DNA of 60,889 nt from Lachnospiraceae bacterium (GTDB lineage Bacteria; Bacillota; Clostridia; Lachnospirales; Lachnospiraceae): contig JAKSSA010000008.1 in NCBI GenBank assembly GCA_024403335.1, forward strand, positions 1 through 60,889, written 5' to 3'. The translations under genes were made by a program, and so were the position numbers. Below are positions 40,794 through 49,754 of this stretch, piece after piece (the stretch's first letter is position 1; every line of letters begins with the position of its first letter). The notes beneath the pieces are model-generated. The model did no database searches. It had not been told where the DNA came from and was given only the letters and a program-made list of their open reading frames with translations.

Positions 40794-40862
40794 TTAACGC
40801 TTATATTTTTTAACGCTTTAATGCAAAAAAGTCTTGACAAACACATATGCCTTCTTTACAAT
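40794..40862 (+). promoter_or_regulatory. promoter of the HTH-cupin-acyl-CoA synthetase gene: direct repeats TTAACGCTT x2, then TTGACA-17-TACAAT
   Basis: TTAACGCTT at 40794-40802 and 40810-40818. -35 TTGACA at 40834-40839 and -10 TACAAT at 40857-40862. RBS AAGGAGG before the ATG at 40929. Confidence 0.5.
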
Positions 40863-40928
40863 ACAATGCTAACACGCTACATATATTAACTGCGTGAAAT
40901 AAAAAAAATACTTATATAAGGAGGATTT

Positions 40929-43223
40929 ATGGCTAAGCAACAATCTTTAGAAATCAAATTGAAAGAAGTCGGAGCACGAATTAAAGCTTTACGCGAAGCA
41001 ATTGGTTTCTCAGTAGAAGAAATTTCTACACAGACTGGCGTTAGTATTAATGACTACCTTCAGTATGAGAGTGGAGATGCCGATCCCGGTTTTTCATTCT
41101 TCTACAAGGTAGCAACAATATGTAACGTAGAAATATCAGATATTATGGAAGGTCAGAGCCCTATTCTCTCCGAATATAATATCACAAGAAAAGGCGAGGG
41201 TATGTCTATTTCAGGTAGAAAGGACTACATCTATCAGAACCTCGCTCCTTTATTCAAGGACAAACTCGCTGAACCCTTCTATGTAAAGATTCCCTATGTT
41301 AAAGGCGAATCAAGTGGTCGTCTCCACACACATAAGGGACAGGAAATCGATATCATCTTAAAGGGCAGCTTAAAAATCACTATCGGTGACAGAGAAGAAG
41401 TATTAAACGAAGGCGACAGTATCTACTACGATTCTTCCAATCCTCACGATGAGTGTGCTGTTGGCGGTGAAGATTGTGAAATGTATGCAATCGTTATCAA
41501 TCCCGATCCTAACAAGGAGGAGGTTGAGGTTGAAAATCTTCGCACAACAATCACTTCAGTTGATAAGGCTAATCTTCTTAACCCTGTATATGAGAAATTC
41601 ATTGAAACAGAAAATGATTCTTTAGGTGTTCTTAAGAAAATCAACTTTAGGAATGAAGATGAGTTCAACTTTGCATTTGACGTTGTTGATGAACTTGCAA
41701 AGAAGGTGCCTTTCAAGACTGCTATGTTCCATGTATCTGCAGAAATGATTGAACGCCGTTTCACCTTTGGTGACATGGGACGCTATTCATCAATGGCTGC
41801 TAATTATTTCCAGTCTTTAGGAATTAAAAAAGGCGACAGAGTAATGCTCGTTATCAGACGTCATTATCAGTTCTGGTTTGCTATCTTAGGTCTTCACAAG
41901 CTTGGCGCAATTGCGATTCCTGCAACTGACCTCTTAATGGAACATGATTATGAATACAGATTTAAAGCTGCAGGAGTAAGTGCAATTATTTGTACCGCTA
42001 AGGGACATGCCTGCACAGAAGTTGAGAAAGCAGAAAAGACAACAGGCATTTCACTTATTAAAATTGTAACTGAAGGAACACATGAGGGCTGGATAAGCTT
42101 TGATAATAACTTTACCCGTTGCTCAGAAGTATTCCCTCGTACAGAAGAATCTCCTAAGGGCAAAGAACCAATGCTCATGTTCTTTACCTCAGGTACAACA
42201 GGATATCCTAAGATTGCAATTCACGACTTCAGATATCCTCTCGGACATTTCATTACTGCTAAATATTGGCATAATGTTAATCCTAACGGTCTTCACTTTA
42301 CAGTTGCTGATACAGGCTGGGGCAAAGCGCTTTGGGGCAAGCTTTATGGACAGTGGCTTTGCGAAGCAGGTGTATTCACCTATGACTTCGATAAGTTCAC
42401 TCCTACTGATATCCTGCCTATGTTCAAGAAGTACAACATTACTACCTTCTGTGCTCCTCCAACAATTTACCGCTTCTTAATCAAGGAAGACTTAAGTAAG
42501 TACGACCTTTCAACCATCGAATATGCGACAACCGCAGGTGAAGCTTTGAACCTTGAAGTATATACTCAGTTCCTCAAAGCAACCGGACTTCATATCATGG
42601 AAGGTTTCGGACAGACGGAAACTACTCTTTCAATTTGTAACCTTGTCGGCAGCTTCAACAAGCCCGGTTCAATGGGTAAGCCAAGCCCGCTTTACGATGT
42701 ATCACTCATGCTTCCTGACGGAACACCCGCTAAGATTGGTGAAACCGGTGAAATCGTTATCAGCACAGCAAACGGAGCTCCTTGCGGACTTTATATGGGT
42801 TACTACCTTGATCCTGAAAACACAGCCAAGGTTTGGTATGATAATGTATACCACACAGGTGATACTGCTTACATGGATGAAGATGGCTATTATTGGTATG
42901 TTGGTAGAGTTGATGATATTATCAAGTCATCCGGATACCGTATCGGACCTTTCGAAATCGAAAGCGTTATCATGGAACTTCCTTATGTTTTAGAATGCGC
43001 AGTTACAGGTGTGCCTGATCCTACACGTGGACAGATTGTTAAGGCATCAATCGTATTGACAAAGGGTACTGTTCAGACAGACGAACTTAAGAAGGAAATT
43101 CAGGAATATGTAAAGAGCCATACTGCACCTTATAAGTATCCTCGTGTCGTAGAGTTCCTTGATGAAATGCCTAAGACAATAAGCGGTAAGATTAAGAGAA
43201 CCGATTTAAGAAACAAAAATTGA
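40929..43223 (+). CDS. fusion protein: XRE-family HTH + cupin (PuuR-like regulator module) fused to an AMP-forming acyl-CoA synthetase (medium-chain/ACSM-like)
   Basis: Single uninterrupted 764-aa ORF. Residues 1-70 are an HTH_XRE (IKALREAIGFSVEEISTQTGVSINDYLQYESG). Residues about 110-185 are a cupin (HTHKGQEIDIILKGSLKITIGDREEVLNEGDSIYYDSSNPHD). The remainder is an adenylate-forming enzyme with TSGTTGYPK and YHTGDTAYMDEDGYYWYVGRVDDIIKSSGYRIGPFEIE. Confidence 0.75.
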   Translation: MAKQQSLEIKLKEVGARIKALREAIGFSVEEISTQTGVSINDYLQYESGDADPGFSFFYKVATICNVEISDIMEGQSPILSEYNITRKGEGMSISGRKDYIYQNLAPLFKDKLAEPFYVKIPYVKGESSGRLHTHKGQEIDIILKGSLKITIGDREEVLNEGDSIYYDSSNPHDECAVGGEDCEMYAIVINPDPNKEEVEVENLRTTITSVDKANLLNPVYEKFIETENDSLGVLKKINFRNEDEFNFAFDVVDELAKKVPFKTAMFHVSAEMIERRFTFGDMGRYSSMAANYFQSLGIKKGDRVMLVIRRHYQFWFAILGLHKLGAIAIPATDLLMEHDYEYRFKAAGVSAIICTAKGHACTEVEKAEKTTGISLIKIVTEGTHEGWISFDNNFTRCSEVFPRTEESPKGKEPMLMFFTSGTTGYPKIAIHDFRYPLGHFITAKYWHNVNPNGLHFTVADTGWGKALWGKLYGQWLCEAGVFTYDFDKFTPTDILPMFKKYNITTFCAPPTIYRFLIKEDLSKYDLSTIEYATTAGEALNLEVYTQFLKATGLHIMEGFGQTETTLSICNLVGSFNKPGSMGKPSPLYDVSLMLPDGTPAKIGETGEIVISTANGAPCGLYMGYYLDPENTAKVWYDNVYHTGDTAYMDEDGYYWYVGRVDDIIKSSGYRIGPFEIESVIMELPYVLECAVTGVPDPTRGQIVKASIVLTKGTVQTDELKKEIQEYVKSHTAPYKYPRVVEFLDEMPKTISGKIKRTDLRNKN

Positions 43224-43251
43224 AATAAATCAATGCAATGATTAATGCAAT

Positions 43252-43280
43252 AAAAAAGTTCCCGTTTGGGAACTTTTTTA
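43252..43280. terminator. bidirectional terminator (fusion gene vs convergent membrane EAL gene)
   Basis: AAGTTCCC gttt GGGAACTT is a perfect 8-bp stem, flanked by A6 and T5. Confidence 0.7.
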
Positions 43281-43341
43281 TTGCATATAACAACATCATT
43301 TTATATAACATCTTCATTTCTGACATCACTTTTAATGCCTG

Positions 43342-45363
43342 TTACTGTTCACTTGCGCCATTAATTTTAGCAACATATTCCTTAAAATCGTAAGCATTCA
43401 TAACCTTGGCATAATATTCACCCTGTGCATAATCGCAGCCTAACTCCTCAATAACTTTTGCCTGCTCTGCAGTATCAATATCACCAACCGCCACCTTAAA
43501 TCCAAGGTTCTTAATAGTTCTAATCAACGGAGGCAAAATATCTGCCTTTCCTTCAAAATATGACTGATGAATTTCCTTACTTATCTTTACAACATTGAAA
43601 GGAAGTCCTAAAGTATTGGTAATATTAGAGAAACCAGCGCCATAATCATCAAGCGTAAAGCCTATGCCTTTTGCACTTAATTCTCTGACAACCTTTGCCA
43701 TATTGTCTGCAAGTTTAGGCTGCACCGGTTCAACAGTTTCAAGATAAATCTTATCGGTCGGAATCCGATAATTTTCAATAGTCTTCATAATATCACCGGC
43801 AAGATTAGCCTGAATACATTGTTCAGGAGACATGCTTACGCTGATATAATCAAGCCCGAGTTCATACATGTTAATGGATTTAATAAATCGACAAACCTTA
43901 CTCAGTACCTGCTGTCCGATATAAATAACCTGTCCGCTCTTTTCACTCAATTTAATAAATTCACTTGTCGGAATCCATCCGATATCAAGATTATAAAGTC
44001 TGCAAACGGCTTCTGCTGCTGTTACCTTATGAGTTGAAAGATCAAATATCGGCTGATAGAAAACATAAAGTTCATCTTTATTAACAGAATCATTTATTGA
44101 TTCCTTTACATTATTCTCCCTCTGATTCATTCTGAGAATCTTGTCATTGATAACAGCCAGCTTCGAGGCAGGATCTGATCCGCCTTCAACATAACTTTTT
44201 TTCGCATATGCAAGACCATATTCAATTATTTCCACAAGCTTTGCGAAATTATGAGCATTCTCAGGACAGGAAATAACTGCACCGGCAAAATTTATCTGCA
44301 TATCTTCGCCATTAACATTAACTTCAAAATAAGGTGTCGTGGCTGATTTATATGCTGCTTTCTGCAATTCTTTTGAATTTCTTAAAAGAATTGCTACTTT
44401 TGATTCGCTTAAAATAAATACACTTTTAGTACCGTAAAGCTTATAAATATAACTTGCAAGAGATTTTCTAAGCGAATTCTCGATTTCCGAACCATACATT
44501 TCAATCATAGCTTCATAATCGAGCAATTCAAACGCTAAAATACCAAAGCTTTTATCATATTCATACATATCCTTCATTGTAACAATGAAACCTTCCCTGT
44601 TAAAAAGGCCGGTAACCTGATCAATATATCCGTCAGGATTCTGGAAGGTTAAGAATATCATCAAACCGCCAAGGCAGCATCCGATATAGGTTACAAGATA
44701 AGGGTGAATGGTTTTTGCCAATAATATTTCTACCGGAACCTGAATTATTACCATAAGCACAAAAACCGACGTGGTAATAAAAGTGGTCCTGTTGATTTTC
44801 TTTTTGAAAATCAGTACTATAACATAAGATAATATGAGAAGTAAAAATGTCACTATTCTGATGCCGAAATATAAGTCGCCTTCGTGGTAAATGCCGTTTC
44901 GATCAAAGAAAAATACAAGCTTGGGCGAATTGATAAAGGCTGACATCACAATCAAAGCACAAGCTATAGTCGGAATTACTGCAATTAAATTCCATCTCCA
45001 GCCTCTGAAAATATTAAACACATTTATGTTGGTCAGCACATATGCCAAATATGACATCAATACAGCCATTCGCAATATCAGGTTCAATACCACAAAGAGT
45101 TTGTTAATTGCTGATGGAACAAACATATAATAAGACAGCAAAACGTTCGAGGCCATTTCTACTGCCATAGCAGATAGTACGGTATAAAGCATAATAGAAA
45201 AAGCCCTGTTATGTGCTGTGGGGATATAATGCTTATAGAAAACATATAACATGACATAGATCATCAAAACGAAAACGACAATCGTATAATCCATGTCGCT
45301 TCTTAAATAATCAAAAAAATCTCTTTGTAAGTTAAAGCCAATTAATGGCAACCAACAATTCAC
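43342..45363 (-). CDS. integral-membrane sensor, degenerate GGDEF-like domain, and EAL-like domain with degenerate catalytic motifs
   Basis: About 8 TM helices. EAL-domain signatures YQPIFDL, DDYGAGFS and the terminal QGEYYAK. The EAL motif reads EAV and EGVE reads VGDID, so it is probably inactive. GTG start at 45363 with RBS AGAGAGGA. Confidence 0.7.
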   Translation of the reverse strand: MNCWLPLIGFNLQRDFFDYLRSDMDYTIVVFVLMIYVMLYVFYKHYIPTAHNRAFSIMLYTVLSAMAVEMASNVLLSYYMFVPSAINKLFVVLNLILRMAVLMSYLAYVLTNINVFNIFRGWRWNLIAVIPTIACALIVMSAFINSPKLVFFFDRNGIYHEGDLYFGIRIVTFLLLILSYVIVLIFKKKINRTTFITTSVFVLMVIIQVPVEILLAKTIHPYLVTYIGCCLGGLMIFLTFQNPDGYIDQVTGLFNREGFIVTMKDMYEYDKSFGILAFELLDYEAMIEMYGSEIENSLRKSLASYIYKLYGTKSVFILSESKVAILLRNSKELQKAAYKSATTPYFEVNVNGEDMQINFAGAVISCPENAHNFAKLVEIIEYGLAYAKKSYVEGGSDPASKLAVINDKILRMNQRENNVKESINDSVNKDELYVFYQPIFDLSTHKVTAAEAVCRLYNLDIGWIPTSEFIKLSEKSGQVIYIGQQVLSKVCRFIKSINMYELGLDYISVSMSPEQCIQANLAGDIMKTIENYRIPTDKIYLETVEPVQPKLADNMAKVVRELSAKGIGFTLDDYGAGFSNITNTLGLPFNVVKISKEIHQSYFEGKADILPPLIRTIKNLGFKVAVGDIDTAEQAKVIEELGCDYAQGEYYAKVMNAYDFKEYVAKINGASEQ

Positions 45364-45408
45364 GCTTTCTATCCTCTCTATTGCAAATCAATATTAAAAG
45401 TCCGCATC

Positions 45409-47337
45409 TCACGAATGGTTCTTCATATATTCAACAAATTCTTCTTCAGGCAAAGGCTTTGCAAAATAATAACCCTGCAGTGTCTCACAACCGAATTCCC
45501 TGAGTGCTTCTGCCTGTTCCTTGGTTTCAATACCTTCTGCTACCATTGGAAGTTTGAGTTCCTTAAACATCTTAACTGTATTGGGCAATAATTCCACACC
45601 CTTTTCAAAGTAAGCAACTATCAGCGAACGATCAAGCTTAACCACATCAAAGTTCATCTGACCTATATACGAAAGATTTGAAAAACCTGTTCCATAATCA
45701 TCAAGAGAAAATTTGATTCCGTTCATCTTTATTCTGTTCATCATTTTACTGGCATGCTCAAAAGAATTAAGCTGAACCGATTCAGTAATTTCTATCGTAA
45801 TAAGCGACGGATCTACATGGTTCTCTCTTATTGCCTTGTTAACATCTGCTGCTATATCAGCTTGCATACACTGAACAGGTGAAAAGTTTACGCTTATATA
45901 TTTCAAGCCGTACTTCTTGATATCATTTGCAGCTATAAATTTGCAAACCTTCTCAAATACCTGGCGTCCAAGTTGTATGATTGATGCATTCTTTTCAGCC
46001 AGCTCAATAAATTCGTAAGGTAAAATAATGCCAAGTTCCGGATCTTTAAAACGGCAAAGAGCTTCTGCTGCAACAATCTTTCCCGTCACAGAATCGCAAA
46101 TCGGCTGGTAATATACCCGCAATGAATCATTTTGTTCAGAATGTCTGACAAGATGTGCTATTTTTTCCTGACGCTCAATTGATTTCGTGTCATCATCGCA
46201 AAATTCAACGATTTCTTCACCTGACAAGTGTGAACGCGAAATAGCATGCCTTACCATTGCTGTAAGCTGCTCAACAGTTGAAGCATATCTGGTTACATCA
46301 ATTATACAGGAGGATATGCCAACTTCAACCTTTCTTCCCTGAAATTTTGAATCTTTCAATATGGTAATCAAAGTCTTTAATTTCTCTTCATGAAACACCT
46401 TATCACTGATTACTATAAAAACATCATCTGACAACATACAAGGTTTAAGCGAGGCAGCATGAAACTCTTCATTCAAAATCTGCGAGATCTGAGCTCTGTA
46501 CTTTTCTTCAGCGGACTTATCAAAAATGCGTCCGATTTCCTCAATATTTTCAACTTTAATTGCATATGCATAAATTTGCTTTCGTTTTTCAAAATAATCT
46601 TTTACGATTATGCTGAAACCTTCAAAATTCAAAAGACCTGTAAGTCTGTCGGTATAAGAATCCGGATTTTCAAGTGTAAGGTAAAGAAATACACCCAAAA
46701 CTCCACCTGAAAGATAAGTAAGCAGGATATTCTTAAGAAATAGCATCTGTGTAAAGGTCATCGACATTGATATTAACGTAAATGCAATAATTACAATCTG
46801 TCTTGTTTTTCCAATTCTCTTGCCGTTTCTTATTGACGCAATAATAATATTGATGAAATAAAACAGCGAATTTATAAATGTAAGACTCCAAAGAGGTCCT
46901 GACACATAAGTATATGAACCATCCGGATTGTCAACAAGTTCATAAAGCCAGCCTGTAAAAGGTGTTAAAATGCTGATAATCATCATAACCAAAGCAACCG
47001 ATGAGACTGCAAGTTTCATCTTGTCAACTAATGGTTCCGTTCTATGAGCTACCTGTAAAACATAAAACAGGAAAAATAAAGGCAGGGTGCATGCCAGGCA
47101 ATAATAAATAACTGCAATTATATAGTTTATTGCTTTGGGAATATTAGCGGCTTCAGATAAACATATTGTAGAAATAACATCTGCAAGAATGGTAGCCATA
47201 AACATAACAATAAGCTCGGTAAACATTCTTGTCTGCCGAGTTTTAAGCTGTTTTCTCATGATTAAGAAGATAAGGACGATACCGAGAATAATGCACGATC
47301 CCAGTTCGTAATCAATATCCCATAAAAATGGCCCCAT
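45409..47337 (-). CDS. integral-membrane sensor, degenerate GGDEF-like domain, and intact EAL phosphodiesterase; paralog of the downstream gene
   Basis: About 7 TM helices. EALCRF, DDYGTGFSNLSY and EGIETKEQ are intact EAL catalytic motifs. It lies 45 bp upstream of its paralog. Confidence 0.75.
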   Translation of the reverse strand: MGPFLWDIDYELGSCIILGIVLIFLIMRKQLKTRQTRMFTELIVMFMATILADVISTICLSEAANIPKAINYIIAVIYYCLACTLPLFFLFYVLQVAHRTEPLVDKMKLAVSSVALVMMIISILTPFTGWLYELVDNPDGSYTYVSGPLWSLTFINSLFYFINIIIASIRNGKRIGKTRQIVIIAFTLISMSMTFTQMLFLKNILLTYLSGGVLGVFLYLTLENPDSYTDRLTGLLNFEGFSIIVKDYFEKRKQIYAYAIKVENIEEIGRIFDKSAEEKYRAQISQILNEEFHAASLKPCMLSDDVFIVISDKVFHEEKLKTLITILKDSKFQGRKVEVGISSCIIDVTRYASTVEQLTAMVRHAISRSHLSGEEIVEFCDDDTKSIERQEKIAHLVRHSEQNDSLRVYYQPICDSVTGKIVAAEALCRFKDPELGIILPYEFIELAEKNASIIQLGRQVFEKVCKFIAANDIKKYGLKYISVNFSPVQCMQADIAADVNKAIRENHVDPSLITIEITESVQLNSFEHASKMMNRIKMNGIKFSLDDYGTGFSNLSYIGQMNFDVVKLDRSLIVAYFEKGVELLPNTVKMFKELKLPMVAEGIETKEQAEALREFGCETLQGYYFAKPLPEEEFVEYMKNHS

Positions 47338-47393
47338 AAGCCACCTGATTACCTGATTTGCTACTTAAATAATAATTCCCACATATATTCCCT

Positions 47394-47435
47394 ATTATAT
47401 AATTTAAGGCGTGTTTTGTCAATCTAACACGCCTT
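47394..47435 (-). promoter_or_regulatory. consensus promoter (TTGACA-17-TATAAT, minus strand) whose -35 lies in the loop of a perfect 10-bp inverted repeat
   Basis: Minus-strand reading gives TTGACAaaacacgccttaaattaTATAAT. The -35 is forward 47417-47422 and the -10 is forward 47394-47399. The inverted repeat AAGGCGTGTT (47406-47415) / AACACGCCTT (47426-47435) brackets the -35. Confidence 0.5.
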
Positions 47436-47475
47436 GTTTGAAATTAAAACTTTGAAATTGAAATATTAGTTTTTA

Positions 47476-48777
47476 CTATTTATTGATGATGTCCTCATCG
47501 GTAAATCTGTCACCGCATTCAGGACAGAATTTAGGCGGATTTTTAGGATCTTCAGGTTCCCAACCGCACTTGTCGCACTTATAAAGAGGAATTCCAGCAG
47601 GCTTTTTGCTTCCGCAATTCTGGCAGAACTTACCCTTGTTTACTGTACCGCAAGAACAGGTCCAGCCATCTGTTGAAAGCTTCCTCGAACCACATTCAGG
47701 ACAGAAATTTCCGGTCGCATAAGCTCCGCATGAACATTTCCATCCATTTTCTGTTTTAGGCTGTGCCGGCATTGCCTGTCCCATTGCATAAAGACTCTGT
47801 GCATTCATTCCACCTGCCTGTGAAGCCATATTCATTCCCATAAAGCCTGTAAAAGCTCCTGCCGTATTATTTGCTGCAGCTCGCATTGCATCAGCTTGTG
47901 CTCCAACCAAGTTAGCAGCTGCCATTGTAGGATCTCGCATAATTGCTGCCTTCTGGGCATTCTTTATAAGTTCTGCATCTTCATCAGGTAATGAAACCGA
48001 GCCGATAGCTACAGAAACAACGCTAATACCTCTTAACTTGCTCCACTTAGCTGACAATGCATCATTTAATGCCTGCTCAAGTTCTGTAGTATGCTGAACA
48101 ATCTGATTTGGACGAATCTGTAAATCAGAAAGCTTGCCCATTGCAGGCTGTAATGCTGAAATAAATTCTGTCTTTAACTGTGCATCAATTTCCTGACGGG
48201 TAAATGCCTTTGTAACATTACCGCAAACATTAGTATAAAAAAGAATCGGATCAGTGATTTTATATGAGAAAACACCAGAACAACGAATATTAACATCAAT
48301 ATCAAGTCCGATGTTTCTGTCAACTACTCTGAAAGGAACAGGATTTGCTGTTCCAAACTTGTTATCAATAATTTCCTTTATGTTAAAATAATAAATTCTC
48401 TGGTCTTTTCCTGTATCGCCGCCCAAAGTAATTCTTGAAACAAAGGTTTTGAAGGTATCTACAATTGTATTTTCAAGTGAGCCACAGAAAATAGAAGGTT
48501 CTGAAGAAGAATCCCAGGTGAACTGACCAGGCTCTGCACAAATCTCAACAACCTTTCCCTGCTCAACAATTATCATACACTGTCCTTCATTTACAGCAAT
48601 ACCTGAGCCGTTGGAAATGATGTTGTCATTTCCTTTATTCTGTGAGCCTGCCCCTGTTTTTCTTTGTCCCTTTACAACCAAAACATCCTTTGAAAGTGAA
48701 TCACAATAAAAGTAATCCTTCCACTGATCAGCAAGAACAGAGCTTCCTGCTTTTAAAACTGCCTTAATAAGTCCCAT
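47476..48777 (-). CDS. SPFH/band-7 domain protein with C-terminal zinc ribbons (YdjI-like)
   Basis: N-terminus MGLIKAVLKAGSSVLADQWKDYF typical of this family. The C-terminus carries three CxxC...CxxC zinc ribbons. Confidence 0.7.
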   Translation of the reverse strand: MGLIKAVLKAGSSVLADQWKDYFYCDSLSKDVLVVKGQRKTGAGSQNKGNDNIISNGSGIAVNEGQCMIIVEQGKVVEICAEPGQFTWDSSSEPSIFCGSLENTIVDTFKTFVSRITLGGDTGKDQRIYYFNIKEIIDNKFGTANPVPFRVVDRNIGLDIDVNIRCSGVFSYKITDPILFYTNVCGNVTKAFTRQEIDAQLKTEFISALQPAMGKLSDLQIRPNQIVQHTTELEQALNDALSAKWSKLRGISVVSVAIGSVSLPDEDAELIKNAQKAAIMRDPTMAAANLVGAQADAMRAAANNTAGAFTGFMGMNMASQAGGMNAQSLYAMGQAMPAQPKTENGWKCSCGAYATGNFCPECGSRKLSTDGWTCSCGTVNKGKFCQNCGSKKPAGIPLYKCDKCGWEPEDPKNPPKFCPECGDRFTDEDIINK

Positions 48778-48836
48778 ATAAACTCCTTCCGATAATAATA
48801 ATCTTGTTTGATTTACTTAGTATTACTTAATCTCAC

Positions 48837-49745
48837 TTATATTCTTCTTCCTCCACCGCCATGAGAAATCCCTGACGAGCTTCTGTGTGTTGAGCTGTGT
48901 CCTGAGGAACCGCTATCCCGAGGTATTTCTGTCTTTGAAACATGTCTTGAAAGGAACATGTCCTGACTTCTTGTCACCTTAAACGAACCCGGAACCAAAT
49001 AACTGTCTGCATCTACTGCATACTTAACAGAATAAAGCTTTGATTTCATGACAGATACTATTATCAAAGCTGTTACTACTCCGACAATCAAAGAAATGAC
49101 AATAGCCTTCTCATATTCAAATACAGGCTTAACCGGTTTGTGATGTTCATAATAATCATCATAGACATTATAATCATCATAATTCCATGAATTGTTTTCA
49201 ATAGTTATTCTGTCATAATTCCTTATCTGATTCTCTGCATTATAGATAAAATTTAAGAATGCTTTCTTGTAATCACCTGCAATAATATAATCTGCAATCA
49301 AGTCAATCTGAAATTCTATCTCGGCATCATTAAATATTGTAATGGCCTCACCACAAGTTGAAATATAAAGATACCTGTCGTTTCCGTTAATATATCTTAA
49401 AAGACAAAGGCCATTTGTATAACCGTATTTATAATAGTTTTTGTCATAAAAGTCATCAGCATAAGCAACCGCTGACTTGCCATGCAAATCATTTGTTGTA
49501 ACGATACAGATAATAAAATTACGTTCTTTGGAATATGTGTTTCCATTGAAAGAAATAATCGCTTCATTTACCAAAGCAAGTTCATCCTCTGTTAATAAAC
49601 CGGCGCCATCCACAATAAAGGTTTCAGGCTTTTCTTCAAAGTATCCTTCTGAATAATCAACATTGGAAGCTTTTGCCATTCCGGCACTTGTAAACAAAGA
49701 GAAAGCAAAAAAAGTTAAAATAACAAAATATAAATGTTTCTTCAT
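48837..49745 (-). CDS. TPM-domain membrane protein with Gly/Ser-rich tail (YdjH-like)
   Basis: Signal peptide, TPM-like domain, one C-terminal TM, and a GSSGHSS...GGGGRR tail. Confidence 0.55.
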   Translation of the reverse strand: MKKHLYFVILTFFAFSLFTSAGMAKASNVDYSEGYFEEKPETFIVDGAGLLTEDELALVNEAIISFNGNTYSKERNFIICIVTTNDLHGKSAVAYADDFYDKNYYKYGYTNGLCLLRYINGNDRYLYISTCGEAITIFNDAEIEFQIDLIADYIIAGDYKKAFLNFIYNAENQIRNYDRITIENNSWNYDDYNVYDDYYEHHKPVKPVFEYEKAIVISLIVGVVTALIIVSVMKSKLYSVKYAVDADSYLVPGSFKVTRSQDMFLSRHVSKTEIPRDSGSSGHSSTHRSSSGISHGGGGRRI

Positions 49746-49754
49746 CGCTTCCTC

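Noticed and set aside
40577-40813. 78-aa plus-strand ORF in the long tkt/fusion-gene intergenic region
   Set aside because: No Shine-Dalgarno. It spans an intrinsic terminator (40661-40698). The composition is Phe/Leu-rich, typical of AT-rich non-coding translation. The region is more likely RNA or regulatory.
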